A stretch of 64,000 nucleotides of DNA from Adineta vaga. Taxonomy: Eukaryota > Animalia > Rotifera. The stretch lies in assembly GCA_021613535.1 (NCBI GenBank), contig CP075497.1, forward strand, positions 4,092,001-4,156,000, read 5' to 3'. The notes beneath the pieces were generated by a model. It did no database searches, was not told the DNA's origin, and saw only the letters and a program-made list of their open reading frames with translations. Both the position numbers and the translations under genes were made by a program. Of this stretch, positions 15,236 through 30,244 are shown in pieces (positions within the stretch are counted from its first letter, which is position 1; each line of letters starts with the position of its first letter).

Positions 15236-17118
15236 ATGGAGGATGACCATTCTCATATTCTTTCAACAACATTTAATATGACATCGAATGAAGCACAAGA
15301 ACGATTGCATGCAATAATGACAAGTGATATGGCTGAAGCTATTGAACAAATTAGTCAAACATTAGAAGCATGTAGTGTGAAAAAAACTCGTTTACTTAGT
15401 CGACTTGATGATGTTGCTCGAGCAGTGGATGCCGTTCGAAATGAATGTAGTTGTATCGATACGACAATTGCGTAAGTTTAACATAATTGTCGAAGTTCTT
15501 TTCTTTTGTAATATATTTACTATTTATTTTAGAAGCAAAGTGTTGAATTTAAATAAAATAGCTACACAAATAGTTCAGCAAATGGCGCTTGTAAAAATTC
15601 CTGAACCACCACCGCCACCTGAACCAATTATGTTACCTCCAGTTGAAATTGATCTGTCAACTTTTCATGAACGATTCAATGGTCTTGATCATATGGTTAA
15701 TGATTTAAATAAACTTTTACGAGAAAAAGAAGAAACTGTTCTCTATGTTATTAATAAACGACCAGGTAATGGAGATATTTCTACAAGTGTTCATTCTCCT
15801 GTACGCTTAAAAAGTAAGGATGATTCAATTCTATTGATATTACAAATCATATTCTTTCATATAGATAAACGACATGATCGTCATGCAAATATTGATGATA
15901 GAATTTTAAAACTTCAAACATTAGTACGAAGTATTCAAACTGAAAATCAACATCGTTCAAAAGAAATTCATCTTCGACAACAACGATCAACAAAATTCTC
16001 ACGTGAACTTTCTCCACTCGATGATGAAGACGATAGTAGTCAAACTAATGGTCAAATCAATGGTCATCAAATACATGAAGATGAAGAAGATGAATCATCT
16101 CGTGGTTCAGATCAAACAACTGTTGGACCAAGTACATTGTATCTACAAGAAAGAACTGAAGATTTAACTACAAAACGGTCGAGTGTTCGTCGTTCGATTA
16201 CGAATAGTAATTATACGGATCGATCTCATAGTTTAACAACAACATCACCCACCCGAGATACAAGGGATAGTCGTGGCTTCGGTGAAGCACTAGCTTCAAA
16301 TGGAACTGATGTTATTTATTATGATTATGAACGAGAAATGATTTCTATAGTTGGTGCAGATGAATCTTCAGTGAAATTTCATCATGGCTTTGTTGTTGAT
16401 TTATGTTGGTGGGAACATAATAAAGAATGGTTAATTTTAAGTGAACAAGGTTTATATCGATGGAAAACTGGTGATTCAGATTATCGTGAAGGTTATGAAT
16501 TTTCTAATGGTGAAATTGGTTTTCGACGTATAGCTGTAACAAGTACAAGTATATTTTGTTTGTTTCGATATAGTCTTATGATACTTGAATTATCAAATTC
16601 AATGCAAATGAAACGTCTTCATGCACTTGCACCACCCGAAACTATCTATCGAAAATTAGCAGATATTTCTGTTAGAAAAGCAGTACAACCCGATGGAAGT
16701 GAAGAAGAAATATTAGGTATAGATTACAATTCGTTTTAGACAAAAATAAAATATGTTTTATTTTCTAATAGGCTTAATTTGGTTTGGTAGTGAATCTGGT
16801 ATACTTCTCGAAGAACGATTTGTCACTCCTCAAGTAAATAATACACATGAACGATTATTTCGGCATGTTGCTGTGCGACAAGGACGTTATGCACGTTTAG
16901 CTCCCTATAATAATGCTCGAGCTTGGCTAATTAGTAATACTGGGGCAGATGTTTTTTGGATTATTCACAATACAAATGTAACGGGCGGTCATTTAGAAAC
17001 TACAGCAACATGGGTTAAAGTTGACAACGGTATACCAGTTAATGCTGTTGATTCTACAAGTTCAACAGTATGCATTCGTCTTCAAAATGGCAAATTGGAA
17101 TTTCTCGATCCTGAATAA
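15236..17118 (+). CDS. Uncharacterised protein: N-terminal coiled coil, Pro-rich and acidic linkers, beta-rich (propeller-like) C-terminal domain
   Basis: ORFs 15236, 15405 and 16753 join in frame across three ~50-60 nt GT-AG introns. Confidence 0.75.
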
Positions 17119-17427
17119 TGCAATATTTTTTCTTCAATATTTGTTTTCTTCTATCTTATTATCTATGATTTTGTCTTTTTTGCGCGTTCTATCTCAAACA
17201 AAATTCAATGAGGTCAAAATAGATAACTTCAATTGTATTGATTTTTCTTCTTTCCTTTGCCAAATGAATTGTTTGTGTTCGCTATACTTGGCGGGTGTCA
17301 ATTCGGACGAATGAATGTGTGGATAATTCGAAAGAAAAAGGAAGAAAAATCTTCACGCACGCAATAGCGCAGGAGTAGTATGAATGAAAAAAGGAAAACG
17401 AAAATTCTGCATTTTCGTTGGTTAATT

Positions 17428-17464
17428 CGAACACAATGCTCGTCCGTCATTACCGAACACAATG
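17428..17464 (+). promoter_or_regulatory. Direct repeat CGAACACAATG x2 containing Sox core ACAATG, upstream of SoxC
   Basis: Identical 11-mers at 17428-17438 and 17454-17464, ~115-150 bp before the ATG at 17580. Confidence 0.4.
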
Positions 17465-17579
17465 ACCGCTGTCGTCCACAATTCGATATTCACATTAATG
17501 AATGAAAAGCTTTATCTAGAGTGAACAATAATTTTGTTCGATTTTTTTTCCTTTTTTTATTTTTCCATTCATAACAAAG

Positions 17580-19167
17580 ATGGATTTATCATCATCACGA
17601 ATTTTGACTGCATCATCAATTACGAATACTTCATCAGGTGCTATTATTATTCCTGCTGTAAAGAATTCTTCAACTTTAAACAGAAATTCTTTGAATCCAG
17701 TACGTATTGGTGATGCTGCATTACAGAAAATGCGATCGATAACAACAACACCACCTGTTACATCAAATATGAATGATTCTTCGGATCAACAACCAGCTGT
17801 TTTTATTATGAATAATCTGAAAACTGAACCTCAACAAGCTCAACTACCACAACGAACAATAACGGTAAATCGTCTTCTATTTTCCAATAACAATCAAAAC
17901 AATACAACAACAACGACAACTGTTCCAACATCAGCAACAATTATTAATGGACAAAATGCAATTAATTTAGCGACATTAGTAAATAGTTTAAATACATTAA
18001 ATCAAATGGCATTATTACAATCAACAAATAATTCAACACAAAACAGCATTGCAAAACTTCTAGAAACGCCAATGCTATCAACAAATAATGTCGTCCAACA
18101 ACCACATGCTAATTAGTACCAGCTGTTACTCATCATGGTATTTACTTCTATAGTAAAAATAAAACGATTGATAATCTGATTTTTCTTTAGTTTCATCATC
18201 AGCAAATAAAGAAAATGAAAATACTCCTCCTCCATCACGAATTTCAACTATTCGTTCAACAAATGGTTTACCCACATCAGTTCAATCACCAGCAACAACA
18301 ACAACAAACGGCGCTCCTCAAAATGAAGCTTTCTTTGCTAAAACAAAAGTTCTCGTTGAATTATTAACATCACCAAGTACAGAACCGCCTTCTTGTTTTG
18401 GTTCATCATTAATCGAACCACAAACGCAAACACCATATTCTGATGCAACACGAACACGATCAAAGAAACGTATCAATCGTGTAAAACGACCTATGAATGC
18501 ATTTATGGTTTTTTCACAATTGGAACGTCGAAAAATCGTTCAATTAGCACCTGATATGCACAATGCTGAAATATCGAAATATTTAGGTGCACGTTGGAAA
18601 CGTTTGTCAGAAATTGAACGACGTCCATTTATTGATGAAGCTGAACGATTGAAAATGCTTCATTTACGTGAATATCCTGATTATAAATACAAACCACGAA
18701 AACGTGCTAAGAAAGGTTCATCACCTCCATCAAATACATCCCTTCCACATGGATCATCATCCATGGATACCACTGATACATCATCAGATGATTGTCCATT
18801 GAAAACGTCTCTTTTACCTGGAATGAATCAATTAGATGAAAATCTTTCAACATCAATTGACAATGATTTTGATGAAAATTCTTCATCAGCATTACTTTCC
18901 AGTACACTTGCATCATTAATCGATCCGAAATTAGGTCTATTTGGAAATAATACAAATTTTGATGATCCATCACTTTTTTCTTCATCCCAAAACGCTGCTA
19001 CAGGTGCATCATCAGCATCATCTCAACAAATCGATCCACTCCTTCTCGATGCACTTGCTTCAGCTGATCCACAAACTCAAGAAGCGTTTTTTAATCAATT
19101 ACAAATGCTTGGTGATTTTAAATTATGGGCTGACTTGGATTTATCAAATAGTGATCCAACTCTGTAA
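17580..19167 (+). CDS. SoxC: SoxC-group (Sox4/11/12, insect Sox14-like) HMG-box transcription factor; apparent 1-nt frameshift near 18113
   Basis: TPYSDAT followed by [39 protein letters not shown]...[11 protein letters not shown]; intron 18138-18190. Confidence 0.88.
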
Positions 19168-19546
19168 AGAAAACTCTTAACAAATGATAAACATTGAAAA
19201 AAAAATATATTACAGGACTTTGTAAATAAGTTTTTCTTTTCTTTCTATTTTGTTCAAATTCAAATAATTTGTTGGACGACTTCGGATGGGCTTGTTTTTC
19301 ACTCTAGAGTATTTTTTTCTCTCCTAGTTCGTTTTGACGAAAAATTAATTCAAAAATTCAACGTATTTTTTGTCTGTGTTTGTTTGACTCTAATAAAAAT
19401 TGATCTTGTCTTTTATCTAAATTTCTTATAATGAGAGAAAACGTCTTTGTTTCATGTTTAATAAAAAATCTTTAGAATAAAAAAAAGAGAGGCAACGGTC
19501 AATAAAAACGATTTATCTGACATAAGTTGAAGCAAAACTAGTCCGA

Positions 19547-21712
<2,166 letters not shown>

Positions 21713-21796
21713 CGTTTATATTTAATCTGAAAAAAAAATAGATTTCTTCGAAATATCCCATGACACAGAAAAGAAAAACAACAATAAATAAGACAT

Positions 21797-22564
21797 TTAG
21801 AAGAAAAGAATTAAAATAATGATCAAGAAAAAGAGACCAACAGCAATGGAAAATAGACATGTATGTCCACCGACACCACCAGCAGATGTTCGAAACAAAT
21901 CTTTTGTTCGTTTAGTTAAATTTTCTACACGATTTTGACTACTGATCATATCATTATCGAGATTGTCTAACACACGAATATGATCTTCAAGTTCAAAATT
22001 AATATTTTTTGTTAGATTTTTCAACGAAATGATCGAATGATGCATATCATCAAGTTGTTCATCTTGTTTTCGAATAAGTTGATCTTCATTAAAATTTTCA
22101 TCATCTTGATGTTGATCAAGACGAATCGTTTCCATTTGTGATTCTTTCTTAATCGAAGGAATTTTATTTTTATAATAAGAATAATCTGCTTTCATTTGAC
22201 GAATAAAATCTTCACGTTCTTCAAATGATAAAGAAGAATTCGAATTGGAAGACAAGAAAACTTCTTCATTTTCTTTTGTATAATTAACTGTTAAACGTTT
22301 TTGTCCATCACTGAAATCATTCTCATTTTCCGATAAATTAAATAGAGGATTATTTACAGATTGATTTTCTGATGTCGTTGACGAAGTAGAACGAAGTAAT
22401 TGATTAACTTTTTGTAAATCATCAAGTGTACATGATATATGATTTAACAATTGATCAAGTTCATGTTGATCATAATGTGATAATTGAGAGATGGTTTGAA
22501 CACGCTGAAAAGATTGTTCAATATCTCGTTGGAGATAAATGAACGTATCGATTGTGGTGCTCAT
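21797..22564 (-). CDS. Syntaxin-6/8-like Qc t-SNARE
   Basis: Single coding exon, SNARE motif QLIRKQDEQLDDMHHSI...ELEDHIRVLDNLDNDM, C-terminal TM anchor. Confidence 0.8.
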   Translation of the reverse strand: MSTTIDTFIYLQRDIEQSFQRVQTISQLSHYDQHELDQLLNHISCTLDDLQKVNQLLRSTSSTTSENQSVNNPLFNLSENENDFSDGQKRLTVNYTKENEEVFLSSNSNSSLSFEEREDFIRQMKADYSYYKNKIPSIKKESQMETIRLDQHQDDENFNEDQLIRKQDEQLDDMHHSIISLKNLTKNINFELEDHIRVLDNLDNDMISSQNRVENLTKRTKDLFRTSAGGVGGHTCLFSIAVGLFFLIIILILFF

Positions 22565-22708
22565 GCCATGTAAATCTAGAGAAAAAAAGAGAAAGACAAT
22601 TGTTAGAATTAAGTCTATTCATAAATTCTAGTTCTTGATTGATGCGCTATGTTAATATAAAAGATAAAAGTAATATAAAAAAAAGAAGAGAAGTGTTATG
22701 TCAGTTAT

Positions 22709-24723
22709 TTATTTCGTTGTTGATGTTTCCATTGAACTAGTTAATGAAAGTATTACACGCATTGATGATGCACGAGCTGGATCACCGACAAGTAATTCTG
22801 CGTTATTATTTAATCCGAGTTCTATAAGAAAAACGCAAATGTTATTAAGAAATTGTTGATTGATTGATTTATTTTACCTTGTAATGTCATTTTAAGATGT
22901 GGTTTGGTTGCTTCACGCATTTGTTCTGTACTTGTCATGTATAAAGTTTTCGCATTTCCATTGATTTCTGTATAGATTAGTGGTGCAATCAATTGACTAA
23001 ATAGAATTGGTTTTTCTTTTGGTTGTAGAACGAAACAAAAAAGAATTAAAAGAAAATTTGTCTTACTATCTTTCTATAAGTACATCGATAAGTTCTTGAA
23101 ATTTTGCTGTTTCACTCATTTGAACTCGTACGGGAGTATTTGAACATATTGGACAATCATCTCTCTTTTCTGGTGGATAAGTTAACATATATATTCCTTC
23201 AATATCATTAAACATTGTATAATTATTCATTAACATAACAGAACTATTGTAAACAAACCAGATTGCAATTTAGATTAGAAACTTGAATATATTGACAACA
23301 TACCTTGTAGCTAGTTTAAAAACTTCCGTTGCACAAATTGATGCAATAACTGCATTCGTTGATGCAACAGCTGGAATGACACGTTTCACAACTCCTTGTG
23401 TAAATCGAAAATTAATACCAGTGATATTATGATCATTAGCTCGTTTAGTCGCATGTTCTACTATCCATTGAATATGTTCAATACTATCACCATCAATTTT
23501 AACATCTTTTTAAAGAAAATAAAAAAAGAAAAACAATTTAATTTTAATTAATTGTTATTTTATGATTGAATACCTTGACCAAATGGTTGTTCCTTTGGCC
23601 AAAGAATACTTGTAACCCATTCTACACAATGTTCTGGTAAACGTGGATTATTTGCAATTGTACATTGAGGAAAGTTAACCTAATTAGAAATTCAATTTCT
23701 TATCAAATGATCGATTTAAATTCAATAAACAAATTACTTGAGGAGGAAATAAATCCAATGTACATTCAATACAACTAGTAAATCCATGCATAATCACTCG
23801 TGCATTGCCTTTAAATCCTTCTGTTCCTCCATCAATCAAAGGTGTAATTGAACTTGGAATGATTTGATTGTCTTCATCATATTCAAGCATACTAACCTAT
23901 CATAAGCAACAAAACTTTATTTTTCGACTTTCACGATTTGTTTTCTTTTTTGAAACTTACCAGCATACTATTAATCCATCGACGAGCGACAACAGAATCT
24001 AATCCGCATACGATAATTCGAAATTCTGTAAACATAAAATACAATCGAAAAGGATTATATGAATTAGTATGATAAATGAAATATTACGAGAATAGAATGA
24101 TGCATCGAAATCTTGAATTTTATTCATATGTCTATGGATAAGGGAAGGAAGGACTGGATTGCATACTTATGATTAGAAACTATTCACATACGGTGTGACA
24201 TTACAATTTGGAATACGATTCATGATAAATTTTGCAGCCACTTCCGCTTTTGATTTACCAATATCAGCTTTTCTGCAAACGTAGATATAAAATAGTTTTT
24301 ATTTTTAGATTGTTTTTCATTCTTCTATTTACGTAAATAAAAATTGACGATTTAAATTCGCTAGATCAATTGTATCCATATCAATAATATCAATCTGATT
24401 AAAACCCATTAAAGCCTAATGAAAATCAACAAATCTAAGTTTGATTCGGAAGGAAAAAAACCAAAATTCTTATTTCATACTAAATCTTTTAATAGTTCAC
24501 AACCAAGACCACCGGCACCGATAATTAGAATTCTAGCAGATTCAATTGCTGCTAAAAGCTAAGAATATTCAATTATTACATATGATTGAGTAAGAATTTT
24601 AATCAGTCATACTTCAGAAGATGGTTCGAAGTTTGGATCTTTAAAAGGTCCAGATCGTTCAAGAATACGACGGAGATGAAGCCATCGTTGTTTTGTTGTC
24701 GAATCATCAGTTGGAACCGTCAT
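22709..24723 (-). CDS. UBA3: NEDD8-activating enzyme E1 catalytic subunit
   Basis: [79 protein letters not shown]; start may extend upstream. Confidence 0.95.
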
Positions 24724-25366
24724 CTGATAGAAAAATAAAAATGAAATAGTTTCTCTTTTCTTATCGAGATATTTTTCAGTCTACGATGCTTTGTTTTCTC
24801 TACGACCGATTTCAAACTAGACATGGGTAAAATATGGAAGGAAGAAATTTCTTTTCAACCAATTGAAATATAGATATCAGCAGTGTATGCATGCATGCAT
24901 GCAAGTTAAAGTGTCGATTGATCGATCAGATGTATTATATTAATAATTCAGTCACATTTGGATATAACTTCTCTTTTTTATAAGTGTTTATCAATAGCAA
25001 TCAAATGACAGACAGTCTGACAAAATAACGATTGATAAAACCGAGATTTTTCAAGGAAAACATATTTTGTGACTCAAATGATTGTACAACGGATATACAT
25101 TCTTATGCGAATATCGAATCATTTCGTACTTTTTGCAAAGTTCATGAGTATTCTATTTTCAAAACACAATGTGTCGACATATTCAAGACGGTTATCTTTG
25201 AAATGAATTGTTCTATAGCATACATACATAAGAATTCAACAACAGAGTGCAGACTGATATCATATCTGATAAGAAACGAATAAAAAAACTTTGTTTTCTC
25301 GTTGAATTATATCTGTAAGCATTCTTTTCTCTTGTTACTTTTTTTCAAAAACAATTAAAAACATCC

Positions 25367-26760
25367 ATGGATAGAATGAATCAAAATTTTCAAACATTTC
25401 TACAAAGTAATTTTCGATTATCTTTAGTTTAATGATTTATTCAGTTTTTTCAATATAGAAATCCATAATTGGCCTTCATCAACCATCGAAAAGACTACTC
25501 TCCTTCATATGCTTGAAGAATTCTGTCATAAGAATCCTGAATTACAAAACGTTTATGATGATGCATCTTTTACTAATGCAACTCATCATGTCGATGATGA
25601 TGATTATTCATTTGACAATGGATCCGGTACTGTTTTAAGTTCGTCAGTTGCTCCAAATACTAAAATAAATCCGAATAATCAACCTATAACAAATGAAATT
25701 CTTCATACGAAAAAAGAACGAAGTTTATCATCTTCAAATAATATTTTAGTGAAACTAGGAGATTTAACTGTCCGAAAAGGTAAATCAATATCCATGAAAA
25801 AATAACTTCAAGATAGAATTTACTATTTTATAGGTTCAGCAATTTTATCACTTTTATTAAAAAGTAAACATCAGATCGTCGTGATTCTATTCAGATTTAT
25901 TTATTTTAGAACATGGATATAAAACAAATGTTTATGGTGAATTATCGTATTCTTATCATTCGAATGAAAAACTCGTTTATTTAACAATTTATCAAAATCG
26001 AAAGAATCGTAAAACAATCCATACATTCATTTTAGATAATAGTAAGTCGACATCTCTTTTCCAAATATGAAAATCACTTATTGATTGAATACTTAGCTTG
26101 TTCATTTCTACGTGAAAATAAAAGAGAATTCCGATTTGAACATAGTTCAGCAATTGAATATGTAAGAATATCATAAATTATGAAAATCATGTTTCAAAGA
26201 TCTTATCTATTATTTAGTTTACAACAGAAACTGGTACTGCTGATTCATGGATTGAAGCATTTAGTAAAACGGTTAATGGAGACCATAGTGATAGTAAACA
26301 ATCAATTTAACACATGTTTTATTAGGATTATGTTCGATTTCGTATAATTTTAGTTGAAGAAGTCTATGAAATTCTTGATGAATCTATTTCAACTTCGGTA
26401 ATATTTCTTTATTTCATCAATGAATATCTTATATAAATCATTGATTAATTTTAGACATCATCAACATCAAATTATGATGACGAAACTTCTCCTGTTCGTC
26501 CACCACCTCGACCCACACGAACACCAAATCCTATTCTACCTGAAAATATCTACGTATGTCTCTATGATCATTATTCCACAACCAGTGATTCTCGTGAACT
26601 TGGATTTAATCGAGGTGATCTTTTGTATATCATCAATACAGATGGACCTAATTTTTATATTGCACGTCAATTAACACTTCCTATACATGATCATTATCAA
26701 AATCCGATAGGTCTTGTATATAAAGATTATATTCGACCAGCATATGAGAAAATTTCGTAA
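25367..26760 (+). CDS. SKAP-like adaptor (PH domain + Tyr motif + C-terminal SH3)
   Basis: Exons splice in frame; PH-like region ending DSWIEAF, EEVYEIL, SH3 YVCLYDH...RELGFNRGDLLYII...GLVYKDYIRPAY. Confidence 0.7.
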
Positions 26761-26837
26761 ATAAAAAGAATATGTGAATGTTTTTTTTTTCAAATTTCTG
26801 TGTCAAATAAAAATCTTTCAATCAAATAAATAGAAAA

Positions 26838-28608
26838 TTAGGCACGTTCACTCAATACTTCTCGATTTACAGCTGGTTGAATACGAAGACGTGGTTCAAC
26901 TTGTTTCCAATACGAATATTTATCAAGATTATTTATTGATTCAGCCAAATAAGTTCGAGCATCGACACGATATGGTGATATATCAATATTATCAGGTTCA
27001 AAACGACGAATTTTCAATAGATTTTCAAGAGCCTAATTAATAAAATATCATTAGGAGGTTTTTTCAAAAATAGTTTAACTTACTAAACATGCTCGTTCTT
27101 CATTAACATTTCCCCATACAAATAATTCCATTAAAGCTGAATTAAATTTAACGGCATCAGCAAGACTACATAATCCATCACCTTTGATATTATTCCAACG
27201 GATATCAAGACTAAAATTTAGCTATTTAATTTGAAATATTAGTCAGAACACGAAAACATTACCTTCGAAGTCTTGAATTTGAATGAAGTAATGCTGTTGC
27301 AATATGACCAGCACCTTCATCTTCTAATCGATTAAAAGCTAAATTAAGTCGTAGAAGACTACATTTTTCAAGCATAGGTGCTATATAAACAGCTCCATCA
27401 CGTGTAATTCGATTGCTAAAAATACAAATACATTTTTCTTCTTCTTCTTTTGATTCATCAATACTTTTAACATACCAACTAAGATCAAGAAAATATAATG
27501 TTTGATTATGTTGCATCTTTTGACATATCCACATAAATCCAATATCACGAATTTCATATTTTTGTATATGTAATTCTTGTAAAACGGTGTTTTTCTAAAA
27601 AGAAAAAAACAAATAGATTTCATTCATCGTTTATTTCCTTGAATAGATTATAAACTTCAAGCATTTGTGCAATATGAATCGCAATATCATCAACCCAATT
27701 TGTATGTTGATATTGTGGTACTGGACGACTTAAATCAACTGTTTTTAAACTTGGATTATAACGTAGAACAGTCAATAATGCAACTAAACTATTCATTTCC
27801 TAGTAAAAGTTTATATTGCATTAAATATTATCAATATGGATTAGAAAAACATACTAAATCACAATTTGCTAAATTTAAATGTTCAAGATTAATATTAATT
27901 TGAAGTGTTTCAGCCATTGCCATTCCACCTTCTTTACCAATATTATTATCAGCGAGTGAAAGAGATGATAGTGCTGTATTTGTCTATTTTATTAAATGAA
28001 AATAGGATGAAGATTTTCGATTTGAATTTCAAGTTTTACTTTGAGACTATTCGCTATACTCTGTGTACCTTTTCGATGAATATCATTTCCTTGTAAATTA
28101 AGAATGGATATATATTGATCATTCTAGATACGAAAAAGTTCAAAGATCATTCAATTAGCAAAGAAAATAATTGAATTTACGATAAGGAAATTTGCAAGTA
28201 GTCCAGCACCTTCATCTGAAATACGATTGTATCTAATAATAACATTTAAGAATATAAATATGTATTTCTTATTCGATATTTACCGAAGATCAAGATGAGT
28301 GATCATTGTAGCCGTTCTTAAAGCTTCAAAAATATGTGGAAGATCATTATCATGTATACGAAACTTGTTTAATGTTGGTTGATTTCCATTTAAAGGTAAA
28401 ATACGATCATAATTTCTTAGAAGAAAATCAAAAATGAATTAATCGCAATTCGAAATCAACATTTCTATATTTACTGATATGTTGATTCATCGATATAACG
28501 TAGTGATCGTTCACGAAGAGTGCTCAATGTTTCGACAATACCTTGATTAGGACGTTGTTTTGTTTTCGTTGATGCTTGTTCATAACTATGTTTCAATTCT
28601 TTGAGCAT
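26838..28608 (-). CDS. LRRC34: Leucine-rich repeat protein 34-like (RI-type LRR)
   Basis: Repeated LxLxxNxIxxxG motifs; C-terminal DISPYRVDARTYLAE...YSYW; ATG at 28608 after a splice acceptor. Confidence 0.75.
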
Positions 28609-28898
28609 GATTTGTCTGTAAGAGTTTGTTAATGAGTTTTTTTTCAAATGCTAAATGACTACCATTAACATTACGAATAGACATGACGATAAACCTCTTT
28701 GAATGGTGTTCTATGAAAAGAAAGATGTCGGTATAGAAGAAAATTTTGATTTGAGTATCAAAATTATACAATGAGCAGTTACAGTATATCATATTTCATT
28801 TTTGTATCGTGTTCGAGCACGAAATTCTTATCTTAAGATCTTTACTGTATCATTTGCTTTTCATTTAGAAAGTCTTTTAGATTCGTGATAAACGTACA

Positions 28899-29167
28899 AT
28901 GAGTACACAGAAAGTATTTAGTGTTACTGGTATGACATGTCAATCATGTATTAAGAACATAGAACGCAATGTAGGTAAAATTGATGGTGTGAAATCTGTT
29001 CAGGTAAGACGGATAATGAGTTGAATAAAAGAATGATTCATATTTTGTTCATGTAGGTTTCATTGGATGAAAAAGAAGCACGTGTTGAATTCGATAGTGG
29101 AAAAACAAGTGAACAAGCTGTTATTGAAAAGATCAATGGTTTAGGATTTCAAGCACAAGAAAAATAA
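28899..29167 (+). CDS. Stand-alone HMA-domain copper chaperone, 71 aa (CopZ/ATP7-MBD-like; functional ATOX1 analogue)
   Basis: Two exons (28899-29003, 29057-29167): MSTQKVFSVTGMTCQSCIKNIERNVGKIDGVKSVQ|VSLDEKEARVEFDSGKTSEQAVIEKINGLGFQAQEK*; missed by the ORF track. Confidence 0.9.
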
Positions 29168-30244
29168 TTTTGTGAATTTTATTCGATTGACTTCAATGCT
29201 TTTCTTTTTCGTGATATTGACATTTACTTTTCTTTTTCTTCTGTCTATTTATTATCATAAACAAGTTTGCATATTTGAAAATATCATACATTGATACTTG
29301 ATCGAAATGTTAGAAAACTACGGCGATTGTGTTTTGATGATTCAATATTTAATCATCTTGATTCATTTCAAATATTTGCGATCGATTTAATCGTGTATGT
29401 CATTTGATGGATGTGTTTCGTATCAAGCAGATCGACTACTTCCTTTTTATTTCTCACGTTTAGATTTTGGTAATAAATATTTATAGATTCAGTATGAATG
29501 AATCGAATTTATCCATACAATATTCTTCTATCATATCCAATCTGTTACTTCCAAAGAAGAATATGGGATGCACATCTGATATTCTGACAACGATGACAAA
29601 ATTTACTAATCATATCTGCACATGTGAGAATGTCTATTCTTTGAAGAAAACCAACATTAAATCTACAAAATCTGTTCAATTCTCGTATGATAACATGGGA
29701 TATGGATAAATTATGCAATTGAATTCAAATATGAACACATTTAAAATAACACGTTTTATATACGTAATTTTCAATTTTAGACATCAATGATAAGAATCAA
29801 ATGCTTCGAAAGTTTTTTCATGTATATTGATGATGCTAATCTTAAACTACGATCATTATTGAATGTCAATATCGATTATATGAAGATAAAATGACATGAA
29901 GTTATTCGTAATCATAAGTATTTAGATGAACATTCATATACTATCTTTTTTATCAATGAAAAAGTCAAATTTATCGTTTGTTTACAAAGATAGATGTTCA
30001 TGGAAATTCTAAGCTGAAAAATGTCGTTTTAAACATTTAGATTATTAAAGTAAAGTGACAAAATGTAATTTTATTATTCTAAAACTACAACTATTTTATT
30101 TTTCATCAATATTGTTCAGTAAATAAGATAATCTCGATGTTTCTCTTGTACTGTTCGAGTTTAAATACAACTTAATATGTATACTTGCTACTGAATGACC
30201 ATGTATAATTGCAAAGATACATTATAAACAAAAAATGTGTACTT

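Noticed and set aside
24885-24930. (ATGC)n and GATC palindromic runs between UBA3 and the SKAP-like gene
   Set aside because: Short simple repeats; function cannot be supported.
28586-28792. Apparent premature stop or frameshift at the LRRC34 start (ORF ...QRIET*)
   Set aside because: An ATG in another frame at 28608 (MLKELKHSYEQ), just after a splice acceptor, reads through without any lesion.
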